From Bacteroidetes bacterium UBA6161 (GTDB lineage Bacteria > Bacteroidota > Bacteroidia > NS11-12g > UBA955): a DNA stretch of 64,000 bases. Made by a program: the position numbers and the translations under genes. Under the pieces are notes generated by a model that was not told the origin of the DNA, did not search any database, and saw nothing but the letters and a program-made list of their open reading frames with translations. How positions within the stretch are numbered: position 1 is the first letter of the stretch; the number at the start of each line of letters is the position of its first letter. Shown here in pieces: positions 1 through 9,231 of this stretch. The stretch lies in assembly GCA_002422315.1 (NCBI GenBank), contig DIUJ01000050.1, forward strand, positions 27 to 64,026, given 5' to 3'.

Positions 1-1
1 C

Positions 2-1297
2 GATACCCAAGTATGTCAGTTTTTGCCTCTTAGTTTCCAAAACTTAAGCATTGACCAAAATACACATACCCCACGCCCTGCTAACTACCTTTGGGATTTT
101 GGCGATGGAAATACTTCTACCCTTGCAAATCCTACCCACACCTATACTATCCCCGGTAAATTTACCGTTAGCCTTCACTTTAAAAATGGCTATTGCGATA
201 GTCTTCTTACAAAACCTCTATATATTCATGTGGTAGATGCTCCCAAGCCTGGGTTTAGCATTAGCGACACCTTTGGCTGCGCCCCTTTTCAAGTTAGTAT
301 TGCCGATACCTCTTGGCACAATGTTCAAAGCAAAGAGTATTGGTTTTCTGACACCTCAACTTGGCAAAATATACCCTCCAATAACTCCTTGTTTTACCAC
401 ACTTTCTATAAACCTGGCTATTTTAAAATTGTGCAAAAACTAATAGGGCTGAGCGGCTGCGAAATTCGCACCGATTCGGTATGGGTAAATGTAGCACCGG
501 GATTTACTGCCGCCGATACCACCCACATGCACCTGGCTACTGTACAGCACCCAAACGTGCTTGTAAACTGGAAATCACACCCAGCAGCGGTTTCCTATAC
601 CTTGTTGGCAGGCAAAACCCTGCAATCGTTACAGCCTATTGCCACTACCACCGATACTTTTTATAGCCACCCCACCACCGAACCCCTCTTTTATAAAGTT
701 CGCGCAAGCGACAGCTGCCAAAATCAAAGCATAGAAGGACAATACGCCTACCCTGCTTGGCTACAAGGCTCGGTATTGGGCAACAACGATTCCGCACTGC
801 TCAGCCTAAGCCCTTATGCTATCTGGCCAGCTAACAACTTGCAATATAGCTTACAAAAGTGGCAACAAGAGCAGTGGAAAAACTTGCAAATACAAAATTC
901 GATTTTTGACTATTTCGACACTGAGTTTGTAATCCAAGATTCCCTTCAATCTTGCTACAGAATAGAGGTAAGCGATGCACAATTGGCAGATTTAAAAGCA
1001 TATAGCAATATATTGTGTTTGGAATACTTGCCTTTGGTTTTTATTCCCAATGCTTTTTCGCCCAATGCAGATGGCATAAACGACATTCTAGACCTGAACC
1101 AAACAGGAATTAAAAGCTACAACCTTCAGATTTACAACCGCTGGGGTCAAAAAATATTTGACGGAACCAACCAAGGATGGAATGGCGAGGTGGATGGCAA
1201 ACCCGCTAGCAATGGCATATACATGGTGTATCTTATTTACCAAACCCCCGATGGCCAAAAATACCAAAAAAGCGGAACCGTACAATTGGTTAGGTAG
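2..1297 (+). CDS. PKD-domain protein with T9SS type B (gliding-motility CHU_C-like) C-terminal sorting domain; 5' end runs off the window
   Basis: The reading frame is open to the window edge. PKD signature WDFGDGNTS..HTYT is present. The C-terminus has FIPNAFSPNADGINDIL...YNRWGQKIF, typical of Bacteroidota type B sorting domains. Confidence 0.8.
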   Translation, partial: DTQVCQFLPLSFQNLSIDQNTHTPRPANYLWDFGDGNTSTLANPTHTYTIPGKFTVSLHFKNGYCDSLLTKPLYIHVVDAPKPGFSISDTFGCAPFQVSIADTSWHNVQSKEYWFSDTSTWQNIPSNNSLFYHTFYKPGYFKIVQKLIGLSGCEIRTDSVWVNVAPGFTAADTTHMHLATVQHPNVLVNWKSHPAAVSYTLLAGKTLQSLQPIATTTDTFYSHPTTEPLFYKVRASDSCQNQSIEGQYAYPAWLQGSVLGNNDSALLSLSPYAIWPANNLQYSLQKWQQEQWKNLQIQNSIFDYFDTEFVIQDSLQSCYRIEVSDAQLADLKAYSNILCLEYLPLVFIPNAFSPNADGINDILDLNQTGIKSYNLQIYNRWGQKIFDGTNQGWNGEVDGKPASNGIYMVYLIYQTPDGQKYQKSGTVQLVR

Positions 1298-1299
1298 GA

Positions 1300-1815
1300 A
1301 GAAGTTAGAACGAAGAAGTGAAAAAGGAAAAGTAAACGGTCAACCTTATTCAGACATTAACAGAAAGTAAACCGTAAACTGTAAACCGTAAACATTAGTA
1401 GAAGAAGAAACGAAGAATGTAGAACGTAGAACGAGGAATGAAGAAGTGAAAAGTGAAAAGTGAAAAAGTAAACCGTAAACCAACAAACCTTTTAAAAACA
1501 ACAAAGTTTCCATTTCTCCAGAGGAGAAAAATATCCATAGCCCTGGGTTTTAACCCGGGGATTAAAATGAAAACGAAATTATGTTTTTGGCGCGTGTCCC
1601 AAACAAAGTTTGCGGGCGATTTTTTGCCTTCCCTGCAAAAAACGTGACAAAAACATAAAGGCGAAAGAAGGCGATTATGTAGAATGTAGAACGAGGAATG
1701 AAGAAGTGAAAAGGAAATTGTAAACTGTAAACCGTAAACTGTAAACTGTAAACTGTAAACCGTAAACCGTAAACTGTAAACTGTAAACATATTTCAGAAC
1801 GAGGAATGTAGAAGT
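1300..1815. repeat. Composite purine-rich simple-repeat field between convergent genes
   Basis: GTAAACY heptamer arrays lie at 1367-1394 (x4), 1468-1481 (x2) and 1720-1789 (x10). GTGAAAA occurs x3 at 1446-1467. A 36-bp direct repeat lies at 1418-1453 and 1678-1713 with 1 mismatch. These flank a unique ~195-bp core at 1482-1677. Confidence 0.9.
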
Positions 1816-1844
1816 CTAACCAAGAACTGGTAACCTCATTAAAC

Positions 1845-2660
1845 CTATAACCCAGAATTAGGTTCTTTTTTGAAATGATTGAAAATTAATTTTATTAAAA
1901 TAGAAGGCAAAAGTTTACTCAACCAATAAGTTAGTTTGCCTTGAAGGGTAAGTACAAGAAAGTTTTTTCTTCTTTTGATTGAATTCGCAATATAAAAAGC
2001 TACTTCATCTGCTTGCATCATTTTAGTTTCGTCTCTTGGCGACTCAGCCTGTTGGTTTCCTTGACTATTCAAAGCTTTTAGCCTAATGTTGGAAGCGGTG
2101 AAACCAGGGCAGGCTATCAATACGTGCAGCCCCTTGTGAAGGTTCTCACATCTTAAGGATTCTAAAAAACCATGCATGGCAAATTTCGATGCTGAGTAAC
2201 CTGTGCGTGCCGGCAAACCCACTATGCCTGCTATAGAACTAATACCTACTACACTCCCTTTACTTTGCAACAAATATGGCAAGGCCGCATGGGTACAATA
2301 AACTGTTCCGAAAAAATTAACAGCCATTACTTTTTCAATAATCTCAGGTTTTAAATCCTTGAACAAGGAACGCATGCTAATGCCAGCATTATTTATAAGT
2401 ATGTCTATTCCTTGAAGGTTTAGTGCAGCAAAACCTATAAAGTTATCACATTCTTGTTTTACAGCAACATCGCAGGAGTAAATTTCTACTTGGGTAGCAC
2501 CTTTCAACAAACATTCATTTTTCACTTGTTGCAAAGCATCTAAATCTCTAGCGCATAATGCTAATCTAGATTTTTGTGAGGAAAAATACAAAGCCAAGGC
2601 TTTCCCAATTCCAGAAGAAGCTCCTGTAATTACAATCCTTTTAGAGAAAAACTCCGACAT
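1845..2660 (-). CDS. SDR family oxidoreductase (short-chain dehydrogenase/reductase)
   Basis: N-terminal ITGASSGIGKALA Rossmann motif, NNAG, and catalytic YSASKFA (YxxxK). Confidence 0.9.
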   Translation of the reverse strand: MSEFFSKRIVITGASSGIGKALALYFSSQKSRLALCARDLDALQQVKNECLLKGATQVEIYSCDVAVKQECDNFIGFAALNLQGIDILINNAGISMRSLFKDLKPEIIEKVMAVNFFGTVYCTHAALPYLLQSKGSVVGISSIAGIVGLPARTGYSASKFAMHGFLESLRCENLHKGLHVLIACPGFTASNIRLKALNSQGNQQAESPRDETKMMQADEVAFYIANSIKRRKNFLVLTLQGKLTYWLSKLLPSILIKLIFNHFKKEPNSGL

Positions 2661-2663
2661 AGG

Positions 2664-3209
2664 TTAGGCTGGTTCGTTGCCAGGTTTCCATTTAATTGAA
2701 CAGCCTACAGGCTCTATTTCAGGATAGTCTATGTCCAAGCCATCCAAGCAGTATTCAATAGCATCTTCTAAGTATGCTTGTGTTACCAAATTCGCATTTT
2801 CCCAAGCATCATCTATTGCTCCTTTGTAAACCAGTTCTCTTTTAGCATTAAACAAAAAAACTTCTGGGGTTCTAGTTGCTCCCAATTTTTTAGTTACTTC
2901 TTGGGTTTCGTCATGCAAATAAATTAGTTTAGAGGTAGGGTATTGTTCCATAAACTGCTGCATATTCTCGTAGGAATCTTGTGGATATGCCACTGCATCG
3001 TTGGGGTTTATAGCTACCATGCACATGCTATCTTCTTCGTAGCGATTTGCAAGTGCCAAAATACGTTGCCAATAAGCTTGTGCCTTGGGGCAATGCTGAC
3101 AAGTAATTACCAAGCACAATGCATAGCGGTCTGCAAAAGAAAAATTATTAAAAGTATTGCCGTTGGTAGCTTTTAATTCAAAATCAAAAAGTTTATCTCC
3201 TATATTCAT
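2664..3209 (-). CDS. Thioredoxin-fold / peroxiredoxin-like protein
   Basis: CQHC (CxxC) motif within ITCQHCP, RTPEVFLF cis-Pro region, ~180 aa Trx-like layout. Lies 3 nt downstream of the SDR gene. Confidence 0.75.
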   Translation of the reverse strand: MNIGDKLFDFELKATNGNTFNNFSFADRYALCLVITCQHCPKAQAYWQRILALANRYEEDSMCMVAINPNDAVAYPQDSYENMQQFMEQYPTSKLIYLHDETQEVTKKLGATRTPEVFLFNAKRELVYKGAIDDAWENANLVTQAYLEDAIEYCLDGLDIDYPEIEPVGCSIKWKPGNEPA

Positions 3210-3221
3210 GATGTGTTATTT

Positions 3222-3752
3222 TTATATAAATCTGGGGTCTGTTTCCATAGTTGTGCCACATTTTTTACATGTTCTAAGTTCTTCAGAGGCGTAATATTCT
3301 TTGAAACGTGGCAAGAAATCATTTTCTATATTCTTTAGTTCAAAGTAGGTTTCGTGTAATTTATTGTTACAGTTGTCACAAAACCACATTAACCCATCTT
3401 TAAAGCCCTTTCCTTCTCTTACCCTTTCTATAACCAACCCAATAGACCCTTCTGACCTGCCGGGGGAATGAGGTATACCGCCTGGAAGCAAAAACATATC
3501 TCCGGGACCCAAATGTATTTCCTTCGCTTCTCCATCTATTTGTGCTTTTACGGTAATATTGCCTTCGATTTGATAAAACAGTTCCTCTGTTTCATTGTAA
3601 TGGTAGTCTTTGCGTGCATTGGGCCCTCCTACTATCATTACTATATAATCAGTTCCTTCTGGGTAAAGATTTTTATTGGCAACAGGTGGTTTAAGTAAAT
3701 GCCTATTTTCCTCAATCCATTTGTTTAGGTTAAAAGGTTTGCGAATTTCCAT
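3222..3752 (-). CDS. 3-hydroxyanthranilate 3,4-dioxygenase (kynurenine pathway to NAD)
   Basis: Cupin core DYHYNETEELFYQIEG...IPHSPGR plus C-terminal CDNC...CKKC rubredoxin-like site. Length is 176 aa. Confidence 0.85.
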   Translation of the reverse strand: MEIRKPFNLNKWIEENRHLLKPPVANKNLYPEGTDYIVMIVGGPNARKDYHYNETEELFYQIEGNITVKAQIDGEAKEIHLGPGDMFLLPGGIPHSPGRSEGSIGLVIERVREGKGFKDGLMWFCDNCNNKLHETYFELKNIENDFLPRFKEYYASEELRTCKKCGTTMETDPRFI

Positions 3753-3851
3753 TGGTTTTATTTAAGATACTTCAAAAGTAAGTAAAGCATTACAAAATAA
3801 AAAATCCATGTGCATGAAAAACCTAAAAAACAAATCACTTTAAGGCTATCC

Positions 3852-6137
3852 TTATTTTTTAAGTTCAGGTTCAAAGAATCTAAGCTCGTATGTATATACT
3901 TTTTTATCTTTTAATTGAATGTTTACTTTGTACGTAGAAAGCAAATTGGGTTTACCTTCGTTAAACTGAGGAGTGAAAACAAGAGTAGGTAAGCCATATC
4001 CTAATTCTGATTTTTCTATAACCAAAGGTATTTCTTTTCCTTTTTCATCTTTAACTGATACTTTTGCCCCTTCTAGGTCTGCAAGTAATGAAAATGTCCA
4101 TTTTTCAAAAGCTAAAATAGATGGGGTATAGCCTTTGTTGGGCCATGCCACAAAATTGCTTTTATAATAATTTGAATCTGCCGAAGCACCTTGGTCCATA
4201 ATCCAAAATACCTGAGAGGTGTTCCCCCCACCATAACCCATATTCATGGTATACGGAAACTGAAGCCAACGTCTGTTACCTTGGCTAGGGTGTTTGTCGC
4301 CCATTATAGCTGTAACAGCCATTGCTGGAGTCGTGGTTTTTATGAGTAAACTCTGAGCCGCTCCTTCTTGACCAAGAGAAGTATAACATCTTAGCCCATC
4401 CACTACTTTATGGGTCATATTCTTATTGGACTCAAATATCAAGGCTGCATGTTGACACCTTAAATTTAAATCATTTACAAAATAAACTGGTTTTTGAACA
4501 CCTGAGTTTCTTCTAAAATAATTTATTCTGTTTACCAAGGCTTCATAAATTGGATTTTCTATAGTACCAACTTCGCAATTTTTATACTCCATTGTGTGTT
4601 CGAAAACCAAAGCAGAAGAATCTTTAGAATTGGGCAAAACCATTCGGGTTTGGTAATAATTGTAATAAAAATCTAACTCTGCAATTTTTTTACGGTATTG
4701 TGTTTCCCATTTCACTTTATCAGATGGAAATTCCTTTTCGAGTTCCGACAATATTGTTAGCGCCCTAAACATAAAATTGTTTGTTGCCAAAGAATCTACA
4801 AAATCTGATTTTATATTTTTATACAGTACCGCTTTATCTACCTTCCCTTTACTGCCCTGGTAAATTCCTTTTGCTATTTCTGTAGCATAGTCTAATGCAA
4901 GCATGTTCATTTTCTTAGAAGAATGCCATAATTTTAATACTTCTTCTACTCTTGTGGACTTAAAATTTAAATACACAAATTGCAAAGCTAATACTGCGGA
5001 GGCTTTATGGTTTGCATCCATAAGCGAAGTGGCAGCAGATACAAAATCAGCTTCTTGTAATTGGTCTTTTTCAAGACTTTCGGATACCCATTTAGGAAAT
5101 ATCCAATTAAAAATGTCTTTGTGATAATATCCTGATGCGTAGTCTCTTAGGTTTGCAAATACAGCTTCTGGACTGTTGCCTTCAAAAAAATCATACTTTT
5201 TATACGATACTTTCCTTCCGATTTTATCTAATACAAAAAGGCCAAGTAAAGAATCCGCTTGCTTGGTATTATTTTCTTTCAAACTTTGTTTAAATAAAAA
5301 AATGTAAAGAGAGTTCTGTTTAAATCTAAAGAAAGAATCCTGAGGGTATTCCTCTAAGGCTTTATTTACATAGTTTAAATAATCAAAAGAAGGAGGCATA
5401 TCCTGCGATTTAACCCTATAAAGTCCGTATTTATGTCCTTTTAGAGTATAATCATTTGGAGAAATCTCTAATCCCATTTGCAAATACATAGAGGCGGAGT
5501 CCCATTCTTTTTCGTTCATATAATGTTGGGCCAAATACCTAAAAGACTTAAATTCAATGGTTTGCAACGATACAGAATCGGAAAAAGCAGACAAATTCCA
5601 TTGTGCTACTTTTTTGAAATAGTACAAGGCTTTTAACTTGTTGTTGGTATTCCAATAGCACTCTCCTAGTTTAAAAAGTGCCGCCGTATCGTTGGGATTA
5701 AAATCTAAACTCAACTTAAAATGTTGTGTGGCTTTGGGATAGCGTTCTAAGTTAAATGCACTATTCCCCTCTTTGTTGTTTTCTAAAATCAGTAGATTTA
5801 AAAAACTAGCATACACCGCCTTTACCGTTACCCCTTGTTCAGAAGAAACAGCTTTTTCTGCTGCTCTAAGAGATTCTTTCAAACCATTCGAATACTTTTT
5901 GGCAGTAGAAGGGTCTTTATACAGATAATACAAAGCCTGCGATTTAACCATAAGAGCTCTTGGATCTTTGGATTTGGTCTTTAATGCTTTTTCTGATAAT
6001 TGCAATGCTTTGCTATAGTTCTTCTCAGATAATTTACTTTCTGCTTTCTTTACTATTTTTTCGTTTTGAGCCCATGCAGTAGGCTGAATAAAACCAAGAA
6101 ACAGAAGCAACAATATACATTTAACTTTCATTGTCAT
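3852..6137 (-). CDS. Secreted TPR-repeat protein with a possible CAP/SCP-like C-terminal region
   Basis: Signal peptide MTMKVKCILLLLFLGFIQPTAWAQ and TPR-like helical repeats in the N-terminal half. NRINYFRRNSGVQKPV...CQHAALIFESNKNMTH resembles CAP/SCP domains. The function is uncertain. Confidence 0.55.
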   Translation of the reverse strand: MTMKVKCILLLLFLGFIQPTAWAQNEKIVKKAESKLSEKNYSKALQLSEKALKTKSKDPRALMVKSQALYYLYKDPSTAKKYSNGLKESLRAAEKAVSSEQGVTVKAVYASFLNLLILENNKEGNSAFNLERYPKATQHFKLSLDFNPNDTAALFKLGECYWNTNNKLKALYYFKKVAQWNLSAFSDSVSLQTIEFKSFRYLAQHYMNEKEWDSASMYLQMGLEISPNDYTLKGHKYGLYRVKSQDMPPSFDYLNYVNKALEEYPQDSFFRFKQNSLYIFLFKQSLKENNTKQADSLLGLFVLDKIGRKVSYKKYDFFEGNSPEAVFANLRDYASGYYHKDIFNWIFPKWVSESLEKDQLQEADFVSAATSLMDANHKASAVLALQFVYLNFKSTRVEEVLKLWHSSKKMNMLALDYATEIAKGIYQGSKGKVDKAVLYKNIKSDFVDSLATNNFMFRALTILSELEKEFPSDKVKWETQYRKKIAELDFYYNYYQTRMVLPNSKDSSALVFEHTMEYKNCEVGTIENPIYEALVNRINYFRRNSGVQKPVYFVNDLNLRCQHAALIFESNKNMTHKVVDGLRCYTSLGQEGAAQSLLIKTTTPAMAVTAIMGDKHPSQGNRRWLQFPYTMNMGYGGGNTSQVFWIMDQGASADSNYYKSNFVAWPNKGYTPSILAFEKWTFSLLADLEGAKVSVKDEKGKEIPLVIEKSELGYGLPTLVFTPQFNEGKPNLLSTYKVNIQLKDKKVYTYELRFFEPELKK

Positions 6138-6145
6138 AATCTATG

Positions 6146-6433
6146 TTATTTTAAAAATTCTAAGCTCCAGGCTTCGGGTTTATCATTAAATAGAACTTTG
6201 GTTTTGGCCCAAGTATTTTCAAAGAGTTCTGAATTTCTGTAAGCATTTAAGTCGTCCTCAGATTCCCAAATACTTACTGTGAACATTAGATTATCTTTTT
6301 TAGAATCTTTGTGTAAGGACACCCCAATGCAACCTTTTCTTTTTTCTATAAACGGCTTAGAGCTTTCAAATATTTGAATAAAGTCCAAAATATTTTCTGG
6401 CTTAAAGCTAAGTTTTACAATTCTTTTAATCAT
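6146..6433 (-). CDS. Antibiotic-biosynthesis-monooxygenase (ABM)-like small protein
   Basis: Ferredoxin-like ABM pattern (VKLSFKPE..., VSIWESEDDLNAYRNSELF). Start moved to the internal ATG (MIKRIV) to remove overlap with the upstream gene. Confidence 0.6.
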   Translation of the reverse strand: MIKRIVKLSFKPENILDFIQIFESSKPFIEKRKGCIGVSLHKDSKKDNLMFTVSIWESEDDLNAYRNSELFENTWAKTKVLFNDKPEAWSLEFLK

Positions 6434-6437
6434 GTAT

Positions 6438-7184
6438 TTATTTGATATTGATAAAAATTTTCTCTGTTTTATTAAGTCCGAAAAGCCTTTCAGCATGCCC
6501 CATTGTATAGGCTATAACTAAGTAATCTGCTGCATTAAAGTATGCTATAAGTGTTGCACTTTGTTCTTCCATAAAATTCTCCGAAATGCGATAAACCGAG
6601 TCTGTATAATTTACCATAATTTCGAAATTCCTATTTTGTGTAAACTCATAAAACTCATTTTTGGTGAGGTTTACTATACAATTGCCAAATTTGTCAGCAG
6701 CCAAATAATAAGCTACTAGTGCATTTTTTACAGGATGTGGGCTAGAAGCAAACATGGCCTTTCGAGGACTAAACTCGGGGTAATCGAAATTATTATGAAT
6801 AAGTTTCTGGATTACAGGTAAATAAAGAAACTCTGGGAAATTTGGGTTTTTGCTATCGCCTAAATAAAAAAACTTAGCTTTTTCAAACTTTAAAATTTCA
6901 GGCAATACTCCATTGTCGGGAGCTAAAAACCATTGTCCATTTGCGAAAGCTGCAATATGTCTAAAGGCATTTTGGTTAACAGTAAGCAAGTGTATGGCTT
7001 CTCCTTCTATAGCACTTCTCAACTGATTAAAGATAAAAATTTCTTGGGCTATATCCCAAGATTTAACATCATGAAAAAGATCTACTGTAACCACGTTTTC
7101 AAACGTCGATGAAATTTTAGCTTTTAATCTAGCCAAATCCAAAGATGCATTTCCGTAATCAGAAGTAAGAGTTATTTTCAGCAA
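6438..7184 (-). CDS. SAM hydroxide adenosyltransferase family protein (DUF62, chlorinase/fluorinase-like)
   Basis: N-terminal ITLTSDYG motif, DKFGNCIVNL motif, ~250 aa. Confidence 0.6.
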   Translation of the reverse strand: MLKITLTSDYGNASLDLARLKAKISSTFENVVTVDLFHDVKSWDIAQEIFIFNQLRSAIEGEAIHLLTVNQNAFRHIAAFANGQWFLAPDNGVLPEILKFEKAKFFYLGDSKNPNFPEFLYLPVIQKLIHNNFDYPEFSPRKAMFASSPHPVKNALVAYYLAADKFGNCIVNLTKNEFYEFTQNRNFEIMVNYTDSVYRISENFMEEQSATLIAYFNAADYLVIAYTMGHAERLFGLNKTEKIFINIK

Positions 7185-7226
7185 AGTTTTTTAATTGTTA
7201 AATTTGTTGCAAATTTACCGAGCATT

Positions 7227-8216
7227 TTGAATAAAGGAGAAAAATTGATAGAAAAGTTAATAACCATCGAAGAAATTGAGCCTCAGGCTATTTACGGAAC
7301 CAACGACCGCATTTTAAATCTAATTAAAGGGTATTTTCCACAGTTAAACATAGTTGCTAGAGGCAATGAAATGAAACTAAAAGGAGAAAATTCAGACATA
7401 GAGAGCTTTACCGAAAAGTTAAATTTTTATGTTTCTATGTTAAAAAAAGGAAACCCACTGAACGATTTCCACATTCAAGAAATTTTTAAATCTGAAACAG
7501 AAAAGGAAGAGAGTAAAGAAGATTCTAAAGAAACAAAGGGCAGCAATAAAGTTATATTGTATGGCAACAATGCCAAGCCAATTATGGCAAAAACAAAAAA
7601 CCAGCAAAGCCTAGTAGATGCAATAGATAAAAACGATATTGTATTTGCAATAGGACCTGCGGGCTCGGGTAAAACCTATACCGCCGTAGCCCTTGCCGTA
7701 AGAGCTTTAAAAAACAAAGAAGTAAAACGGATTATACTTACCAGGCCAGCGGTAGAAGCAGGTGAAAACTTAGGTTTTTTACCTGGCGACCTAAAAGATA
7801 AAATAGATCCTTATTTACGCCCATTGTACGATGCTCTAGAGGATATGATACCACCCGACAAGCTAAAACTATTTTTAGAAAATAGAACCATAGAAATTGC
7901 ACCCATGGCTTTTATGAGGGGAAGAACCCTTGGAAACTGCTTTGTAATTTTAGATGAAGCCCAAAACAGTACAGATCTTCAGTTAAAAATGCTACTTACG
8001 AGAATGGGACAAAATGCAAAAGTAGTGGTAACAGGAGACCTAACCCAAGTAGATTTACCCAAAAAACAAGCATCGGGTTTACAAAGAACGATTAGAATAC
8101 TAAACAATATAAATGGTATTAAAATAATACACCTAACTACGGACGATGTAGTAAGGCATAGATTGGTAGTTGAAATATTAAAAGCATACGACAAGGATAA
8201 AGATGCGGAGAGCTGA
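7227..8216 (+). CDS. phoH: PhoH family ATPase
   Basis: Walker A GPAGSGKTYTAVALAV, ILDEAQN, VVVTGDLTQVDLP. The start codon appears to be TTG. Confidence 0.9.
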   Translation: MNKGEKLIEKLITIEEIEPQAIYGTNDRILNLIKGYFPQLNIVARGNEMKLKGENSDIESFTEKLNFYVSMLKKGNPLNDFHIQEIFKSETEKEESKEDSKETKGSNKVILYGNNAKPIMAKTKNQQSLVDAIDKNDIVFAIGPAGSGKTYTAVALAVRALKNKEVKRIILTRPAVEAGENLGFLPGDLKDKIDPYLRPLYDALEDMIPPDKLKLFLENRTIEIAPMAFMRGRTLGNCFVILDEAQNSTDLQLKMLLTRMGQNAKVVVTGDLTQVDLPKKQASGLQRTIRILNNINGIKIIHLTTDDVVRHRLVVEILKAYDKDKDAES

Positions 8217-8262
8217 AATTTTATTTTACATTTGCCCCCTACTAAAAAGATTTTAAAAAAAC

Positions 8263-9231
8263 ATGAATATGGCAGCTGAAAAAAACTTTGAACTAATGGC
8301 CACTAACTTTTTCTTCAAAAATCAAGTTAGTTTTTATAGAGGAAAAGTAAGAGATGTATACAATATATCCGACAAGTATCTAGTATTGGTTGCATGCGAT
8401 AGAATATCTGCTTTTGACCATGTACTGCCTAGGGCAATACCATATAAAGGACAAGTATTAACCCAAATTTCTTCCTATTTCTTAGAAGCTTGCAACGATA
8501 TAGTGCCAAGTTGGAAAATATCTACCCCCGACCCTAATGTTACAATAGGGTATAAATGTGAGGCCATACCGATTGAAATGGTTGTAAGAGGTTATTTATG
8601 TGGGCATGCTTGGCGAATTTACAAAGCTGGAGGAAGAGAAATATGTGGGGTTACCATGCCCGATGGAATGAAAGAAAACGATAAATTCCCAGAACCAATA
8701 ATCACCCCTGCGGTTAAAAACCATACTGGACACGACGTAGATATATCCTTGGAGGATATTGTAAAAAACAAATATACAAACAAGAAATACTTGGACCAAT
8801 TGGTAGAAAAAAGTTTGCAATTGTTTGCTAGAGGTACAGAATTGGCGGCTAAAAGAGGCTTGATTTTAGTAGATACTAAATATGAATTTGGTATTTACGA
8901 CAAAAAAATAATGTTGATAGACGAGGTGCATACACCAGACTCTTCCAGATTTTTTTATTTGGAAACCTACGACAATCTACAAAAAGACAATTTACCACAA
9001 AAACAACTTTCTAAGGAATTTGTAAGAGAATGGCTTATGGCAAATGGTTTTAGCGGTAAAAAAGATGAGTTGATTCCAGAAATGACACCTGAAATCAACC
9101 AATCTATCACAGATCGATATGTAGAAATGTATGAAACATTCATGCAGGAAAAATTTGTTCCTAGGTCCTATGAGAATATCTTGGAAACCATGGAAAAATC
9201 TATCCAAAATGAATTGGAAAATCTATACTAA
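8263..9231 (+). CDS. purC: Phosphoribosylaminoimidazole-succinocarboxamide synthase (SAICAR synthetase)
   Basis: YRGKVRDVY, ACDRISAFD, LVDTKYEFG motifs; long-type PurC of ~320 aa. Confidence 0.95.
   Translation: MNMAAEKNFELMATNFFFKNQVSFYRGKVRDVYNISDKYLVLVACDRISAFDHVLPRAIPYKGQVLTQISSYFLEACNDIVPSWKISTPDPNVTIGYKCEAIPIEMVVRGYLCGHAWRIYKAGGREICGVTMPDGMKENDKFPEPIITPAVKNHTGHDVDISLEDIVKNKYTNKKYLDQLVEKSLQLFARGTELAAKRGLILVDTKYEFGIYDKKIMLIDEVHTPDSSRFFYLETYDNLQKDNLPQKQLSKEFVREWLMANGFSGKKDELIPEMTPEINQSITDRYVEMYETFMQEKFVPRSYENILETMEKSIQNELENLY

Noticed and set aside
1367-1789. Possible CRISPR array, because of regularly repeated short units
   Set aside because: The units are contiguous 7-mers with no spacers. 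The longer 36-bp repeat occurs only twice with a non-spacer-like core. No cas genes or leader are present.
1395-1790. 131-aa minus-strand ORF (and the 64-aa plus-strand ORF at 1453-1647) in the repeat field
   Set aside because: The translation is simply the heptamer and purine repeats read as FTVYSLRFTVYSLQFTVYGLQ... It has no start context, and the ORF lies between convergent gene ends. I treat it as non-coding.
9131-9208. Upstream start for the NHL/T9SS protein, overlapping purC by 100 nt
   Set aside because: The extension (MKHSCRKNLFLGPMRISWKPW...) has no signal-peptide character. The internal ATG at 9209 yields a canonical signal peptide ending in AQ.
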